This document shows, piece after piece, positions 28,979-38,002 of a stretch of 64,000 bases of DNA. Both the position numbers and the translations under genes were made by a program. The stretch spans positions 544,001-608,000 of the forward strand of contig CAWJJC010000028.1 in NCBI GenBank assembly GCA_963843145.1, read 5' to 3'. The DNA comes from an uncultured delta proteobacterium. GTDB lineage: Bacteria; Desulfobacterota; RBG-13-43-22. Each line of letters begins with the position of its first letter. Positions within the stretch are counted from its first letter, which is position 1. The notes below the pieces were generated by a model. That model ran no database searches, was not told the DNA's origin, and was given only the letters and a program-made list of their open reading frames with translations.

Positions 28979-30189
28979 GCCTGATTAGAGAATCCCTAAA
29001 AAAAGCGCAGGAAGACGATCGGAACGACAAGACGACCGCTACGTTGATCTCGGGTTCTAAGTCCCCCGGGGGTAAAAAGGTGCCCACCAGCACGGTTATC
29101 CTGATCGGTATCGGGGTGGTGTTGATCGCCGGAGTGTATTTGTTTCTCTATCTGCCCGGCTCGCCCAAGTCGGCTGTCCCCGGGGGCGCAGCGGCGCCTA
29201 AACCCGTGATCGCGGCTCAAGCCTCTTCTCCGGCCACCCCGGCCAAGCCGGAGCTCGGCGCGGCCTTACCCTCTCCGGGGCCGACGTTAAAGACGGAATC
29301 CAAGCCTGTTCTTAGGAGTCCTGCACGGGTCAGCGGTCCAATGTCGGGTGCCATGGGTCTAACCCCGGCAGAGGGAAAGTCTTCTAAAGTCCCCTTAAAA
29401 GAAAAACTGGTGGAGGCCTCGATCCTAGGACCGGGAGCGACCCTAGCGAAGAAAGCCGGCCGGGAGAAAGAGGGGCGGGCTGACTTGACGGTCCAGCTCA
29501 AGAAAAAAACCGAACAGGGACCGGGAGCAAAAGGATCAGCCCGGGAAGTCCCGTCCGCGAACTTGAAGGGGGCCGGTGAACCACAGGGCAGGGAAAGTGA
29601 GGAGACCCTCAAGCAGTACTACCAGCAGGCTTATTCCTGGCAGCAGGAAGGGAAGATGGAGCAGGCCTTGTCCCGTTACCGTGAAATATTAGGACAGGAT
29701 CCCTCTAATCCCTATGTCTTGACGAACCTGGGACTTATCTATCAACAGAAGGGAAACTGGAAGGAAGCCGTCTCCTTGTATGAAAAAGCCCTAGAGTCGG
29801 ATCCGAAGTTTGTGCCGGCCGTGCAAAACCTGGGGGTGGCCTACATAAAGGCCGGCAACAGCGAGGAAGCGGCTCGCTGGCTGGAACGAACCCTGGTCCT
29901 CCAACCCGACAATGCCAATGCCCTGGTCAATCTGGGCATACTCTACAAAAGACGGGGCGATCGGGAAATGGCCCGTCAGTACTTGAGAAAGGCCTGGACG
30001 CTGAATAATCGTCTCCCGGAAGCCAACTATAACCTGGCCCGCCTGGAGGAGGAGGCTGGAAATATCCCTGAAGCGTATCAGTATTACCAGCAGTTTATCA
30101 GAATCCGAAATGACCCCAGCGATAACCTGGTCCGGGAAGTCCAGCGCCATGTTCAAAATTGGAAGGTTCCCGAGCCGAACCAAAAGTGA
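28975..30189 (+). CDS. Membrane-anchored TPR protein (MshN-like)
   Basis: MSLIRESLKKA, TM helix, Pro/Lys-rich linker, C-terminal TPRs. Confidence 0.75.
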   Translation: MSLIRESLKKAQEDDRNDKTTATLISGSKSPGGKKVPTSTVILIGIGVVLIAGVYLFLYLPGSPKSAVPGGAAAPKPVIAAQASSPATPAKPELGAALPSPGPTLKTESKPVLRSPARVSGPMSGAMGLTPAEGKSSKVPLKEKLVEASILGPGATLAKKAGREKEGRADLTVQLKKKTEQGPGAKGSAREVPSANLKGAGEPQGRESEETLKQYYQQAYSWQQEGKMEQALSRYREILGQDPSNPYVLTNLGLIYQQKGNWKEAVSLYEKALESDPKFVPAVQNLGVAYIKAGNSEEAARWLERTLVLQPDNANALVNLGILYKRRGDREMARQYLRKAWTLNNRLPEANYNLARLEEEAGNIPEAYQYYQQFIRIRNDPSDNLVREVQRHVQNWKVPEPNQK

Positions 30190-30346
30190 TGTCTAACTAA
30201 AAAGTCCGTTTTTGCACAAATTCCGCTCCGGATACCGGGTGGTTTACCACTTCAGATAAAAACGGACGCGAAAGATAGCCCCAAAGCGCCGAGTCGTAGG
30301 GGAGGGGTTAATCCCATACGCGCTAACTTAAAGAGTGAGGGTTTCT

Positions 30347-30679
30347 ATGTTGTCATTCCGGCGAAAGCCGGAATCCAGGGAGGCACCACTGGATAAACAC
30401 CCTGCGGTATACGTTCTGGCAAGCCAAAGAAATGGGACCCTGTATGTTGGTGTAACATCAGACCTTGTTAAAAGGATTTGGGAACATAAAAACAACCTAG
30501 TCGAAGGGTTTACCAAACGCTATGGAGTCCATCGACTGGTTTGGTATGAACTGCACGGGAGCATGGAAGCCGTTATTAATCGGGAAAAGCAGATAAAAGA
30601 ATGGAAACGCAAGTGGAAGCTCGAATTAATTGAAGAGACGAATCGAAATTGGGCGGATTTGTATTATAGTATAGTCTGA
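30347..30679 (+). CDS. Small GIY-YIG nuclease family protein (start may be CTG at 30389 after GGGAGG)
   Basis: VYVLASQRNGTLYVGVTSDLVKRIWEHK...FTKRYGV..LVWYE...REKQIKEWKRKWK. Confidence 0.92.
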   Translation: MLSFRRKPESREAPLDKHPAVYVLASQRNGTLYVGVTSDLVKRIWEHKNNLVEGFTKRYGVHRLVWYELHGSMEAVINREKQIKEWKRKWKLELIEETNRNWADLYYSIV

Positions 30680-30709
30680 ACTGGATTCCGGCTTTCGCCG
30701 GAATGACAA
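30350..30709. repeat. Perfect 29-bp inverted repeats (each itself a hairpin) bracketing the GIY-YIG gene
   Basis: TTGTCATTCCGGCGAAAGCCGGAATCCAG at 30350-30378 and its reverse complement at 30681-30709. Confidence 0.95.
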
Positions 30710-30831
30710 TCTTTCTAAAGTTAGCGCTTATGGGGGTTAATCCCCTCCCGCACCTTGCCGGGCCGACAACACGAAATATGAATTTGTTTCGAGTTTCGAA
30801 ATTCGGATTTCGTGTTTCGGATTGTTGGTGA

Positions 30832-31107
30832 TTACTGTATATACCCGGAGCAGATTTTTCCCAGGCCTTTCAGTTTAAAAACTTTTCCCAGTTCCCCTAG
30901 CAGCAGGTTGGTGGAGGCCTCTATTTTTTCGAGGTCTTGTTCGGTCAGGGCGGAGGGCAGAAACTGATGGATTAATTCCTTTAGGATTTCCAGTTGTTGG
31001 ACGATTTCCGGACTGATGGTTTGGCCGCCCATGTATTCATGGACCTCCAAAATAGTGTGGAGACAGTGTTGCATCCGCCATTGAAGCCTGGAAATGGAAG
31101 GGTCCAA
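30832..31107 (-). CDS. Hypothetical helical protein
   Basis: 91-aa ORF at the end of the pilT/pilU run. Confidence 0.6.
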   Translation of the reverse strand: MDPSISRLQWRMQHCLHTILEVHEYMGGQTISPEIVQQLEILKELIHQFLPSALTEQDLEKIEASTNLLLGELGKVFKLKGLGKICSGYIQ

Positions 31108-31117
31108 AATAGCGCTA

Positions 31118-31585
31118 TCAAGTCAAGGGTTGCCGGCGGAGCTGGAGGTAGACCCCGAACAAATCCAGATATTCCTGCCGGGATTCGGCCATCAAGCGGA
31201 TGGTGTCCATCAGGTAATCAGGATGGATGACCAGGTTGACGCTGAGGGCAAAGGCGGTCAGGTAGTCACGGGTTTTAACCGAGGTACCGATCCAGGCCAC
31301 AAACAGGGTCCGCCGGGTAGGGGCCGGAAGCTTGGCGATGAAGTTCAGCAGCGGATTCAGGTGGGGTTGATGGGTGCTAAACCCCTCGGATAGAAGCAGA
31401 AATTCGGGGGTCGAAAAGGTCAGCCGCTGGATGGCGTCTTCCAGGGAAGCGGCGATCTTAACCTCCATTCCGGCCTCGATCAACGGTGGGAGGAGTAATT
31501 CATTTAACGAACTGGGCTCCAGAGCCAGCAGGATGGCTTTTCCTTCCAGGAACTCCTGTTCAGTTGTTGTGGCTGGCTGGTTCAT
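31118..31585 (-). CDS. Hypothetical protein, degenerate receiver-like fold
   Basis: Good RBS; PTRRTLFVAWIG..KT.D..TAFALSVNLVI; directly downstream of pilU. Confidence 0.65.
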   Translation of the reverse strand: MNQPATTTEQEFLEGKAILLALEPSSLNELLLPPLIEAGMEVKIAASLEDAIQRLTFSTPEFLLLSEGFSTHQPHLNPLLNFIAKLPAPTRRTLFVAWIGTSVKTRDYLTAFALSVNLVIHPDYLMDTIRLMAESRQEYLDLFGVYLQLRRQPLT

Positions 31586-31601
31586 CTAAAATACGCCCTC
31601 C

Positions 31602-32777
31602 TTAACGGCGAACCTTTTTTCTCTCGTATTCCACGTCCAGTTTAAGGCCCGCGATATCGGTTGTTTTTTCTCCCCGTCGGCTTTTAATCTGATCGATTCC
31701 TAAATGCACTACCGAACGCTTCGAGGCGTAAAGCCCGGCGGTTTCTTCGGTAATGACCCCCTGCTCATAGGCAGCCAGGATATCCTGGTCAAAGGTCTGG
31801 CTTCCAAAAGGTCTGCTGGTCTCGATAATTTCATAAAAAGTCTTTCCTTCGGATTCGCCGGTTGAAATTAGTTCCTGGATTCGAAGGGATGTACCCATGA
31901 TTTCGAAGACGGCGAAGCGTTCCCCATCCGTTTTGGGGAGCAGACGCTGGCAGACCACCCAGCGCAACGCCCCGGCCAGACGGGTGCGGACCTGTCTTTC
32001 TTCCTCCAGGGGGAACATGCCCATGATCCGATTCAGCGTCTGAGAGGCATCTACCGTGTGCAGGGTGCTCAAAACCAGGTGTCCGGTTTCGGCGGCGGTC
32101 AGGGCGATATCCAGGGTTTCCCGGTCCCGGATTTCTCCGACCAGAATGACCTTGGGGGCCTGGCGCAGGGCAGCCCGCAGGCCATGGGGGAAGCTGTCAA
32201 AGTCCGTTCCCAATTCCCGTTGGTTAAAGGTGGCCCGGTTGTGGGGGTGGATAAATTCGATGGGGTCCTCCAGGGTGATCACATGTACCGGCAGGCGCTG
32301 ATTGATCTCGTTGAGGATGGCCGCCAGGGAGGTAGTCTTGCCGGTCCCGGTGGCCCCGGTAAAGAGGATAATCCCGTTTTTTTCCGTAGACAGTTTTTTA
32401 AAGACGGCGGGCAGCCCCAAGGATTCGATGGTGGGGATTTCCACCGGTAGTTTGCGCATCACTATGCCCAAAGAATTCCTCTGGGAAAAGACGTTGACCC
32501 GGAAGCGAACCTTTTCGTCGACTTCATAGGAAAAGTCGCATGCCCCCTGACGCAGGAGGTCCTGAATTAAACGGCGGTCCGAATGGAGTAGATTCAAGGC
32601 CACCACTTCGGTTTGAAAGGGGGTCAAGGAGGCTAGCGGGGGGGTTAAATTGAGGGAGACCAGTTCTCCGAAGGATTCCACTTGAATCGGCCGTCCCACG
32701 GAAAAGAGGATATCGGAGATCTGCGGGTGACTCCTGACGATTCTGGATAAAATTAAATCTAATTCCGTCCGGCGCAT
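31602..32777 (-). CDS. pilU: PilT/PilU family retraction ATPase (PilU-like)
   Basis: GATGTGKTT, TLEDPIEF, LRQAPKVILVGEIRD, AETGHLVLSTLHT; lacks the AIRNLIRE motif. Confidence 0.75.
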   Translation of the reverse strand: MRRTELDLILSRIVRSHPQISDILFSVGRPIQVESFGELVSLNLTPPLASLTPFQTEVVALNLLHSDRRLIQDLLRQGACDFSYEVDEKVRFRVNVFSQRNSLGIVMRKLPVEIPTIESLGLPAVFKKLSTEKNGIILFTGATGTGKTTSLAAILNEINQRLPVHVITLEDPIEFIHPHNRATFNQRELGTDFDSFPHGLRAALRQAPKVILVGEIRDRETLDIALTAAETGHLVLSTLHTVDASQTLNRIMGMFPLEEERQVRTRLAGALRWVVCQRLLPKTDGERFAVFEIMGTSLRIQELISTGESEGKTFYEIIETSRPFGSQTFDQDILAAYEQGVITEETAGLYASKRSVVHLGIDQIKSRRGEKTTDIAGLKLDVEYERKKVRR

Positions 32778-32790
32778 GGGGTTTTCCTTT

Positions 32791-33873
32791 TCAAACTTCG
32801 ACGAAATCGGTGACCAGTTCGGAGACCGAGGATTTGAATTTTTCTTTATCCACGCATTTCATATAGGCGTCATCTCCGGAGATCCACCCTTTCTTCAAGA
32901 AGTCCATGATGGCGTCATCCAAGGAGCACATACCGAATTTTTTTCCGGTTTGAATGACCGAAGGGATCTGGAAGGTTTTCCCTTCCCGGATCAGATTTCT
33001 GACCGCATGGGTGGCAATCAGGATTTCCAAGGCGGCCACCCGGCCTTTGCGGTCAATGCGCTTCAGGAGGGTTTGGGCCACCACGGCCCGCAAGGCATCA
33101 GCCAACGTCGCTCGAATCTGGCCCTGCTGGTGGGACGGAAAGACCTCGATAATCCGGTCCACGGTCTTCGAGGCGCTGATGGTATGCAGGGTGGCGAACA
33201 CCAGGTGCCCGGTCTCGGCGGCCTCTATGGCCAGCGAGATGGTTTCCAGATCACGCATTTCTCCCACCATGATGATGTCCGGGTCTTCCCGGAGGGCGCC
33301 CCGCAAGGCGGCGCCGAAAGACCGGGTATGGCGGCCCACTTCACGGTGGTTGACGGTACAGTTGATATTCTGATGGACGAATTCGATCGGGTCTTCCACG
33401 GTCAGAATATGGTCCTTCCGGGAACGGTTGGCGTGATCGATGATGGCAGCCAGGGTCGTCGATTTGCCGCTTCCGGTAGGACCGGTTACCAGGACCAGTC
33501 CTTTGGGCAACAGGGCTAGCCGTTTTATAATCAAGGGGAGGCCCAGTTCATCCAGGGTCAAGATCTTATTGGGGATCTCCCGGAAAACGGCCCCGATCCC
33601 GTGGAGCTGGCGAAAAAAGTTTACCCGGTAACGGGCCAGATCGGGGATCTCGTGGGCGAAATCGATATCCCCGGTCTCTTCAAATTCCTTGATTTTGTCC
33701 TCCGGTGTGATTTCAAATAACAGGGTCCGGAGTTCATCATTTTCCAGGTTTTTGAACTTAATCCGCTCCAATTCACCCCGGATCCGCAACAAAGGTTGGG
33801 TACCGGCGGAAAGGTGCAGGTCGGAGGCGCCCTGTTCATTCATGAGTTTTAAGAAGGCGTCTATTTGGGCCAT
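32791..33873 (-). CDS. pilT: Type IV pilus retraction ATPase PilT
   Basis: GPTGSGKSTT, LREDPDIIMVGEMRD, AVRNLIREGK. Confidence 0.92.
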   Translation of the reverse strand: MAQIDAFLKLMNEQGASDLHLSAGTQPLLRIRGELERIKFKNLENDELRTLLFEITPEDKIKEFEETGDIDFAHEIPDLARYRVNFFRQLHGIGAVFREIPNKILTLDELGLPLIIKRLALLPKGLVLVTGPTGSGKSTTLAAIIDHANRSRKDHILTVEDPIEFVHQNINCTVNHREVGRHTRSFGAALRGALREDPDIIMVGEMRDLETISLAIEAAETGHLVFATLHTISASKTVDRIIEVFPSHQQGQIRATLADALRAVVAQTLLKRIDRKGRVAALEILIATHAVRNLIREGKTFQIPSVIQTGKKFGMCSLDDAIMDFLKKGWISGDDAYMKCVDKEKFKSSVSELVTDFVEV

Positions 33874-33893
33874 AGAGAGATTCCCTTTCCTTG

Positions 33894-34232
33894 CTATTTA
33901 ATCAATCGGGTAATCAGCCAACTGATAAAACTGATGACCAGGGCGCCCAGTACGGCAACCCAGAAGCCTCGGATGAAAAACCCCTTGATCAACGAGGAAA
34001 CCATCCAGAGCAGGAGGCCGTTGATGATCAGGGTAAACAAACCTAAGGTCAAGATATTGATAGGTAATGTTAATAAAATAAGCACGGGTCGGATCAAGGC
34101 GTTCAATATCCCCAGCAGGGCGGCGGCGGCCAGGATCGCCATAGGGCCGCTGACTTTAATGCCCGGGATGAGGTAAGTGACCAGCAGTATGGCAACAGCA
34201 TTGATCAACCAACGGACCAGGAAAGGCTTCAT
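33894..34232 (-). CDS. YvlD-like membrane protein (phage holin family 4)
   Basis: NALIRPVLILLTLPINILTLGLFTLIING motif. Confidence 0.85.
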   Translation of the reverse strand: MKPFLVRWLINAVAILLVTYLIPGIKVSGPMAILAAAALLGILNALIRPVLILLTLPINILTLGLFTLIINGLLLWMVSSLIKGFFIRGFWVAVLGALVISFISWLITRLIK

Positions 34233-34460
34233 TTTTCAATCTATACCATAAGTCCTTTAGAGTGGGAACAGCTAAACGACCATTGGGAAAGCTGTGATCT
34301 TCTCCCGGTCAGCCCAGGGAGGATCGACGGCCAAGTACCTCTACCAATATATTTATCGGAGTTATTGGCAAAACCTTAATTTTTTCAGATTTATATTGAC
34401 TCGCCGGAAAGGCTTTTGGTAAATAAGGATTGAATTTACTAGGCGAAAGGAGAAATCAAT

Positions 34461-35354
34461 ATGTCGGCAAAAATTATCAGCGGCGCCGAGGTAGCCAAAC
34501 AGATCCGGGAAGAATTGAAAAAAGAAGTGGAGGCTATGCAGGCCCAGTACCAGACGGCCCCCGGCTTGGTGACGATTCTGGTCGGTGAGAACCCGGCCTC
34601 CGTCAGCTATGTTACCGCCAAGCAGAAAACCTCCAAGGAACTGGGGTTTTTTTCCATCCAGGACAGCCAACCGGCGGACATTAGCGAAGAGGCCTTACTG
34701 ACTTTGATCGACAAGTACAATAAGGACCCCAAGATTCATGGGATCCTGGTGCAATTGCCTTTGCCAAAACACGTCAATGAAACCAAGGTGTTATACGCCA
34801 TCGACCCGAAAAAGGATGTGGATGGCTTCCACCCGGTGAACGTGGGGAAACTAATGATCGGCGAAGCCGATTATCTGCCCTGCACCCCGGCCGGTATTCA
34901 GGAACTCCTGGTTCGCTCCGGGGTGGAAACCAAGGGAGCTGAAGTGGTGGTGGTGGGTCGTTCCAATATTGTCGGCAAACCCATTGCCAACATCATGCTC
35001 CAAAAACAGAAAGGGGCCAACTCTACGGTGACGATCGTTCATACCGGAACCCCTCGAGACAAAATCATCGACCATTGCCGCCGGGCCGATATTCTAATCG
35101 TTGCCGCCGGGGTGGCCAAGTATGTGAAGGCCGATTGGGTGAAAACGGGTGCCGCCGTGATTGATGTGGGGGTCAACCGGATCGGCAAGAGCGAAGCCGG
35201 CAAAGCCATTTTGGCCGGGGACGTGGACTTCGAGAGCGTCAAAGAGATTGCCGGCCTGATCACCCCGGTACCCGGAGGTGTCGGCCCGATGACCATTACC
35301 ATGTTGATGAAAAATACAGTCAAGGCCGCCAAGGCCGCCGTGGGAATGAAGTAA
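34461..35354 (+). CDS. folD: Methylenetetrahydrofolate dehydrogenase/cyclohydrolase
   Basis: GILVQLPLP, KDVDGFHP, PCTPAG, GRSNIVGKP, TPVPGGVGPMT. Confidence 0.97.
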   Translation: MSAKIISGAEVAKQIREELKKEVEAMQAQYQTAPGLVTILVGENPASVSYVTAKQKTSKELGFFSIQDSQPADISEEALLTLIDKYNKDPKIHGILVQLPLPKHVNETKVLYAIDPKKDVDGFHPVNVGKLMIGEADYLPCTPAGIQELLVRSGVETKGAEVVVVGRSNIVGKPIANIMLQKQKGANSTVTIVHTGTPRDKIIDHCRRADILIVAAGVAKYVKADWVKTGAAVIDVGVNRIGKSEAGKAILAGDVDFESVKEIAGLITPVPGGVGPMTITMLMKNTVKAAKAAVGMK

Positions 35355-35411
35355 CGCGGAACAATACCAAGGCGTCATACATTTACCAATTTAATCGAGT
35401 AAACTTAAGGT

Positions 35412-35453
35412 GGTACCGCTTGGATCCAGTCTCTGGACCGGGACGGGGATACC
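35412..35453 (+). ncRNA. Probable pan RNA motif (hairpin with two bulged A) in the panB leader
   Basis: GGTA-CCG-CTTGG-A-TCCAG-tct-CTGGA-CCGGG-A-CGG-gga-TACC upstream of panB/panE. Confidence 0.6.
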
Positions 35454-35463
35454 GGATTTTTTC

Positions 35464-35497
35464 GAACCCCTGAACGCCGTTCAGGGGTTCTTTTATT
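35464..35497 (+). terminator. Intrinsic terminator/attenuator before panB
   Basis: GAACCCCTGAAC-gcc-GTTCAGGGGTTC followed by TTTTATT. Confidence 0.8.
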
Positions 35498-35542
35498 AAT
35501 GGTCCCTTAAACCCATAAAACCAAAATTACAAGGGAGGTCCC

Positions 35543-36403
35543 ATGGAACCAAAGAAAATCTCCATCCCGGATTTAATGGCCAAGAAACGGGCCGGAGAGA
35601 AAATTACCATGCTGACGGCCTATGATTTTTCCATGGCCTCTTTCATTGATCAGGCCGGGATGGATATGATTTTGGTCGGCGATTCCCTGGGCATGGTGGT
35701 CTTGGGCTACGAATCCACGGTCCCGGTGACCATGGAGGAGATGCTTCATCACTGCCGGGCCGTGAGACGGGGGGTTCGGTACGCTTTTCTGGTGGGAGAC
35801 ATGCCCTTTATGTCCTATAACATCAGCCGGGAAGAGGCCATTCGAAACGCCGGGCGGTTTTTGAAGGAGGCCGGCTGCGACGCCGTCAAGCTGGAGGGTG
35901 GTCTGGAAATGGCCGATACGGTCCGGGCGATGGTGGAGGCCGGCATCCCGGTTATGGCGCATATCGGGCTTACCCCGCAGACGGTTTCCAAATTGGGGGG
36001 GTTCCGGGTCCAGGGCAAGGATCTAATGGCCGCCCGGCGGTTATTGGAATCGGCCCGGGCACTGGAATCGGCCGGGGCCTTTTCGGTGGTCATGGAATGT
36101 ATCCCCGATAAGCTGGCCGGGTTGATTTCCCGGTCCTTGGATATCCCCACCATCGGGATCGGGGCCGGTCCGGAATGCGACGGCCAGGTATTGGTGACCA
36201 ATGACCTGCTGGGCCTATACGAAAAATTTCTGCCCAAATTCGTCAAACAATACCTTCAACTCCACCCTCGGATCCGGGAGGCCTTGAAAGATTATGCCCG
36301 GGAAGTCAAAGAGGGGATCTTCCCCGGCCCGGAGCACAGTTTTTCCATGGATCCCCAGGACCTGAAACCGCTGCTGGGGCCTCAGCCAAGGAAAAAGAAA
36401 TGA
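35543..36403 (+). CDS. panB: 3-methyl-2-oxobutanoate hydroxymethyltransferase
   Basis: MLTAYD, LVGDSLGM, GDMPFMSY, AVKLEGG, HIGLTPQ, TIGIGAG. Confidence 0.97.
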   Translation: MEPKKISIPDLMAKKRAGEKITMLTAYDFSMASFIDQAGMDMILVGDSLGMVVLGYESTVPVTMEEMLHHCRAVRRGVRYAFLVGDMPFMSYNISREEAIRNAGRFLKEAGCDAVKLEGGLEMADTVRAMVEAGIPVMAHIGLTPQTVSKLGGFRVQGKDLMAARRLLESARALESAGAFSVVMECIPDKLAGLISRSLDIPTIGIGAGPECDGQVLVTNDLLGLYEKFLPKFVKQYLQLHPRIREALKDYAREVKEGIFPGPEHSFSMDPQDLKPLLGPQPRKKK

Positions 36404-37344
36404 AGATCGGAATTGTCGGGCCAGGGGCCATGGGCTGTCTCCTGGCGGGGATGATGGCCCGGGCGGGTTTGGAGATCATGCTTTTAGACCACCGGCCGGA
36501 CCGGGCCGAACAGATCCGCCGCCAGGGGGTGCGCCTGGAAACCGGACTGGATGAAATTCGAGTGCCGGTGGCCGTTACCCTGGAGGCGCTGGATTTGTCC
36601 GGAGTCGACCTGGTACTGATCTGCGTCAAGGCCTATGATACGGAGGTGGTGGCCCGGAGGCTGCGCGCGCTTGATCCCCCCCCCTTTTTTCTGACCCTGC
36701 AAAACGGGGTCGGTAATGTGGAACTCTTAGGGAACTCCCTGCCCCGGGAAAAGGTCTTGGCCGGCATCACCTCCCATGGGGCCACCGCCTTGGGACCCGG
36801 ATGGGTCCGCCATGCGGGGCGCGGGGATACCTTTGTCGGCTCAGGGTTTGGGGAAGAAAATGAAGATCAGGGTCCGGGGGTTCGGATGGCTCAATACTGT
36901 TTAACTTCGGCCGGCTTTGAGACCCGGACTGTCCCCCGGATTAATCCGCTCATTTGGAGCAAGCTGCTGGTCAATGTGGGGATCAATGCCCTGAGCGCTC
37001 TAACCCGACTGCGAAACGGAGACCTGCTCAGTTTCCCCGTCACCGAACAGACCCTGGAGGAGGCTGTGGCCGAGGCGTTGCGGGTGGCCCGGACTAAAGG
37101 AATTGAATTGATTTACGACGATCCCCTGGGACAGGTCAAGGAAGTATGCCGGTCCACGGCCCCCAACCTCTCTTCCATGCTGCAGGATGTGCTGAAAGAA
37201 AAGAGAACGGAGATCGATTTCATAAACGGAACGATCCTGCGGGAGGCGGAAAAACTAGGGATTCCGGCACCGGTCAATGCCCTGTTGACCCGACTGGTTC
37301 AGGCGCTGGAACAGTCGTATTCCCTGCGCGTAAATTCGTTTTAG
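36400..37344 (+). CDS. panE: 2-dehydropantoate 2-reductase
   Basis: GPGAMG, VKAYDT, LQNGVG, WSKLLVNVGIN, SSMLQD, TEIDFING. Confidence 0.93.
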   Translation: MKIGIVGPGAMGCLLAGMMARAGLEIMLLDHRPDRAEQIRRQGVRLETGLDEIRVPVAVTLEALDLSGVDLVLICVKAYDTEVVARRLRALDPPPFFLTLQNGVGNVELLGNSLPREKVLAGITSHGATALGPGWVRHAGRGDTFVGSGFGEENEDQGPGVRMAQYCLTSAGFETRTVPRINPLIWSKLLVNVGINALSALTRLRNGDLLSFPVTEQTLEEAVAEALRVARTKGIELIYDDPLGQVKEVCRSTAPNLSSMLQDVLKEKRTEIDFINGTILREAEKLGIPAPVNALLTRLVQALEQSYSLRVNSF

Positions 37345-37416
37345 CCTTTTTTTGAGTCCTGAAGTAGTGGCCTCACCAAGATCTGATTGGCTGGATTTTG
37401 TCTGCACCCCGCGCCG

Positions 37417-37524
37417 GTCATCCTGAGCGAAGCGAAGGATCCCGGTGTTCGGCTCAGGATAAATTTCGCGAGGGACCTTCTGGAATCAACAGGCGTTACG
37501 ATCCTTCCCTTCGGTCAGGATGAC
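37417..37524. repeat. GTCATCCTGAGCGAAGCGAAGGATC-type REP doublet
   Basis: Inverted partner GATCCTTCCCTTCGGTCAGGATGAC ends at 37524; same family as 14347 and 22642. Confidence 0.75.
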
Positions 37525-37556
37525 AACAAGGGACTTATTAAGAAGTCGTCCAAAGG

Positions 37557-37691
37557 CTATGGGGCGGTAGGGGTTACGGTTTGCGGGGTTGCCGTGGCGG
37601 TAGATTTCGCCGCCAATTTTTTCCGTTTCAGACGCCGGTGACGCCGCCGTTCGATTTCCCGAACCCGTTCAATTTTTTTGTGCTTGGCCAA
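37557..37691 (-). CDS. Small basic protein (possibly DUF6800-like)
   Basis: GGAGG RBS, TTG start, IERVREIERRRHRRLKRKKL. Confidence 0.55.
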   Translation of the reverse strand: MAKHKKIERVREIERRRHRRLKRKKLAAKSTATATPQTVTPTAP

Positions 37692-38002
37692 AACCACACC
37701 TCCTTTCTTTACCTGGTTTCTTTCTCTAGGGAGAAAAATCAATCGTAATTTTTAAGTATGAAGGAATTATCCCCGCCTGTCAAGGTCGAAGAATTACGCG
37801 GCACTTTTTCGATATTTTTTTTGACAACGATATCCTGATAATAGAAAATACCCCCCAGCCTTCACCCGGCAGAGCGTCATCCATCATGGGTCTTCCGGGG
37901 GGCGGGGCAGGGGAGGCTTCAGCTTTCCCGGGGCAACCGAAGTCTCCCCGGGCTTTTTCTCAGACCTTATTATTTTTGACGCTCCAGATAGCGTACCTTA
38001 TT

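Larger units (their letters stand above)
30315..30732. mobile_element. Non-autonomous IS4-family (IS186/IS231-like) cassette carrying a REP-flanked GIY-YIG gene
   Basis: Terminal inverted repeats CATA(C/A)GCGCTAACTT (14/15 match); 11-bp target duplication GGGGTTAATCC at 30304-30314 and 30733-30743. Confidence 0.8.

Noticed and set aside
33894-34232. Holin-family gene as prophage evidence
   Set aside because: YvlD-like membrane proteins are common chromosomal genes; no phage genes nearby
35400-35420. T-box-like sequence AAGGTGGTACCGC before a terminator
   Set aside because: Only about 50 nt separate it from the folD stop, too little for stem I; the bases are better explained as the pan-like hairpin
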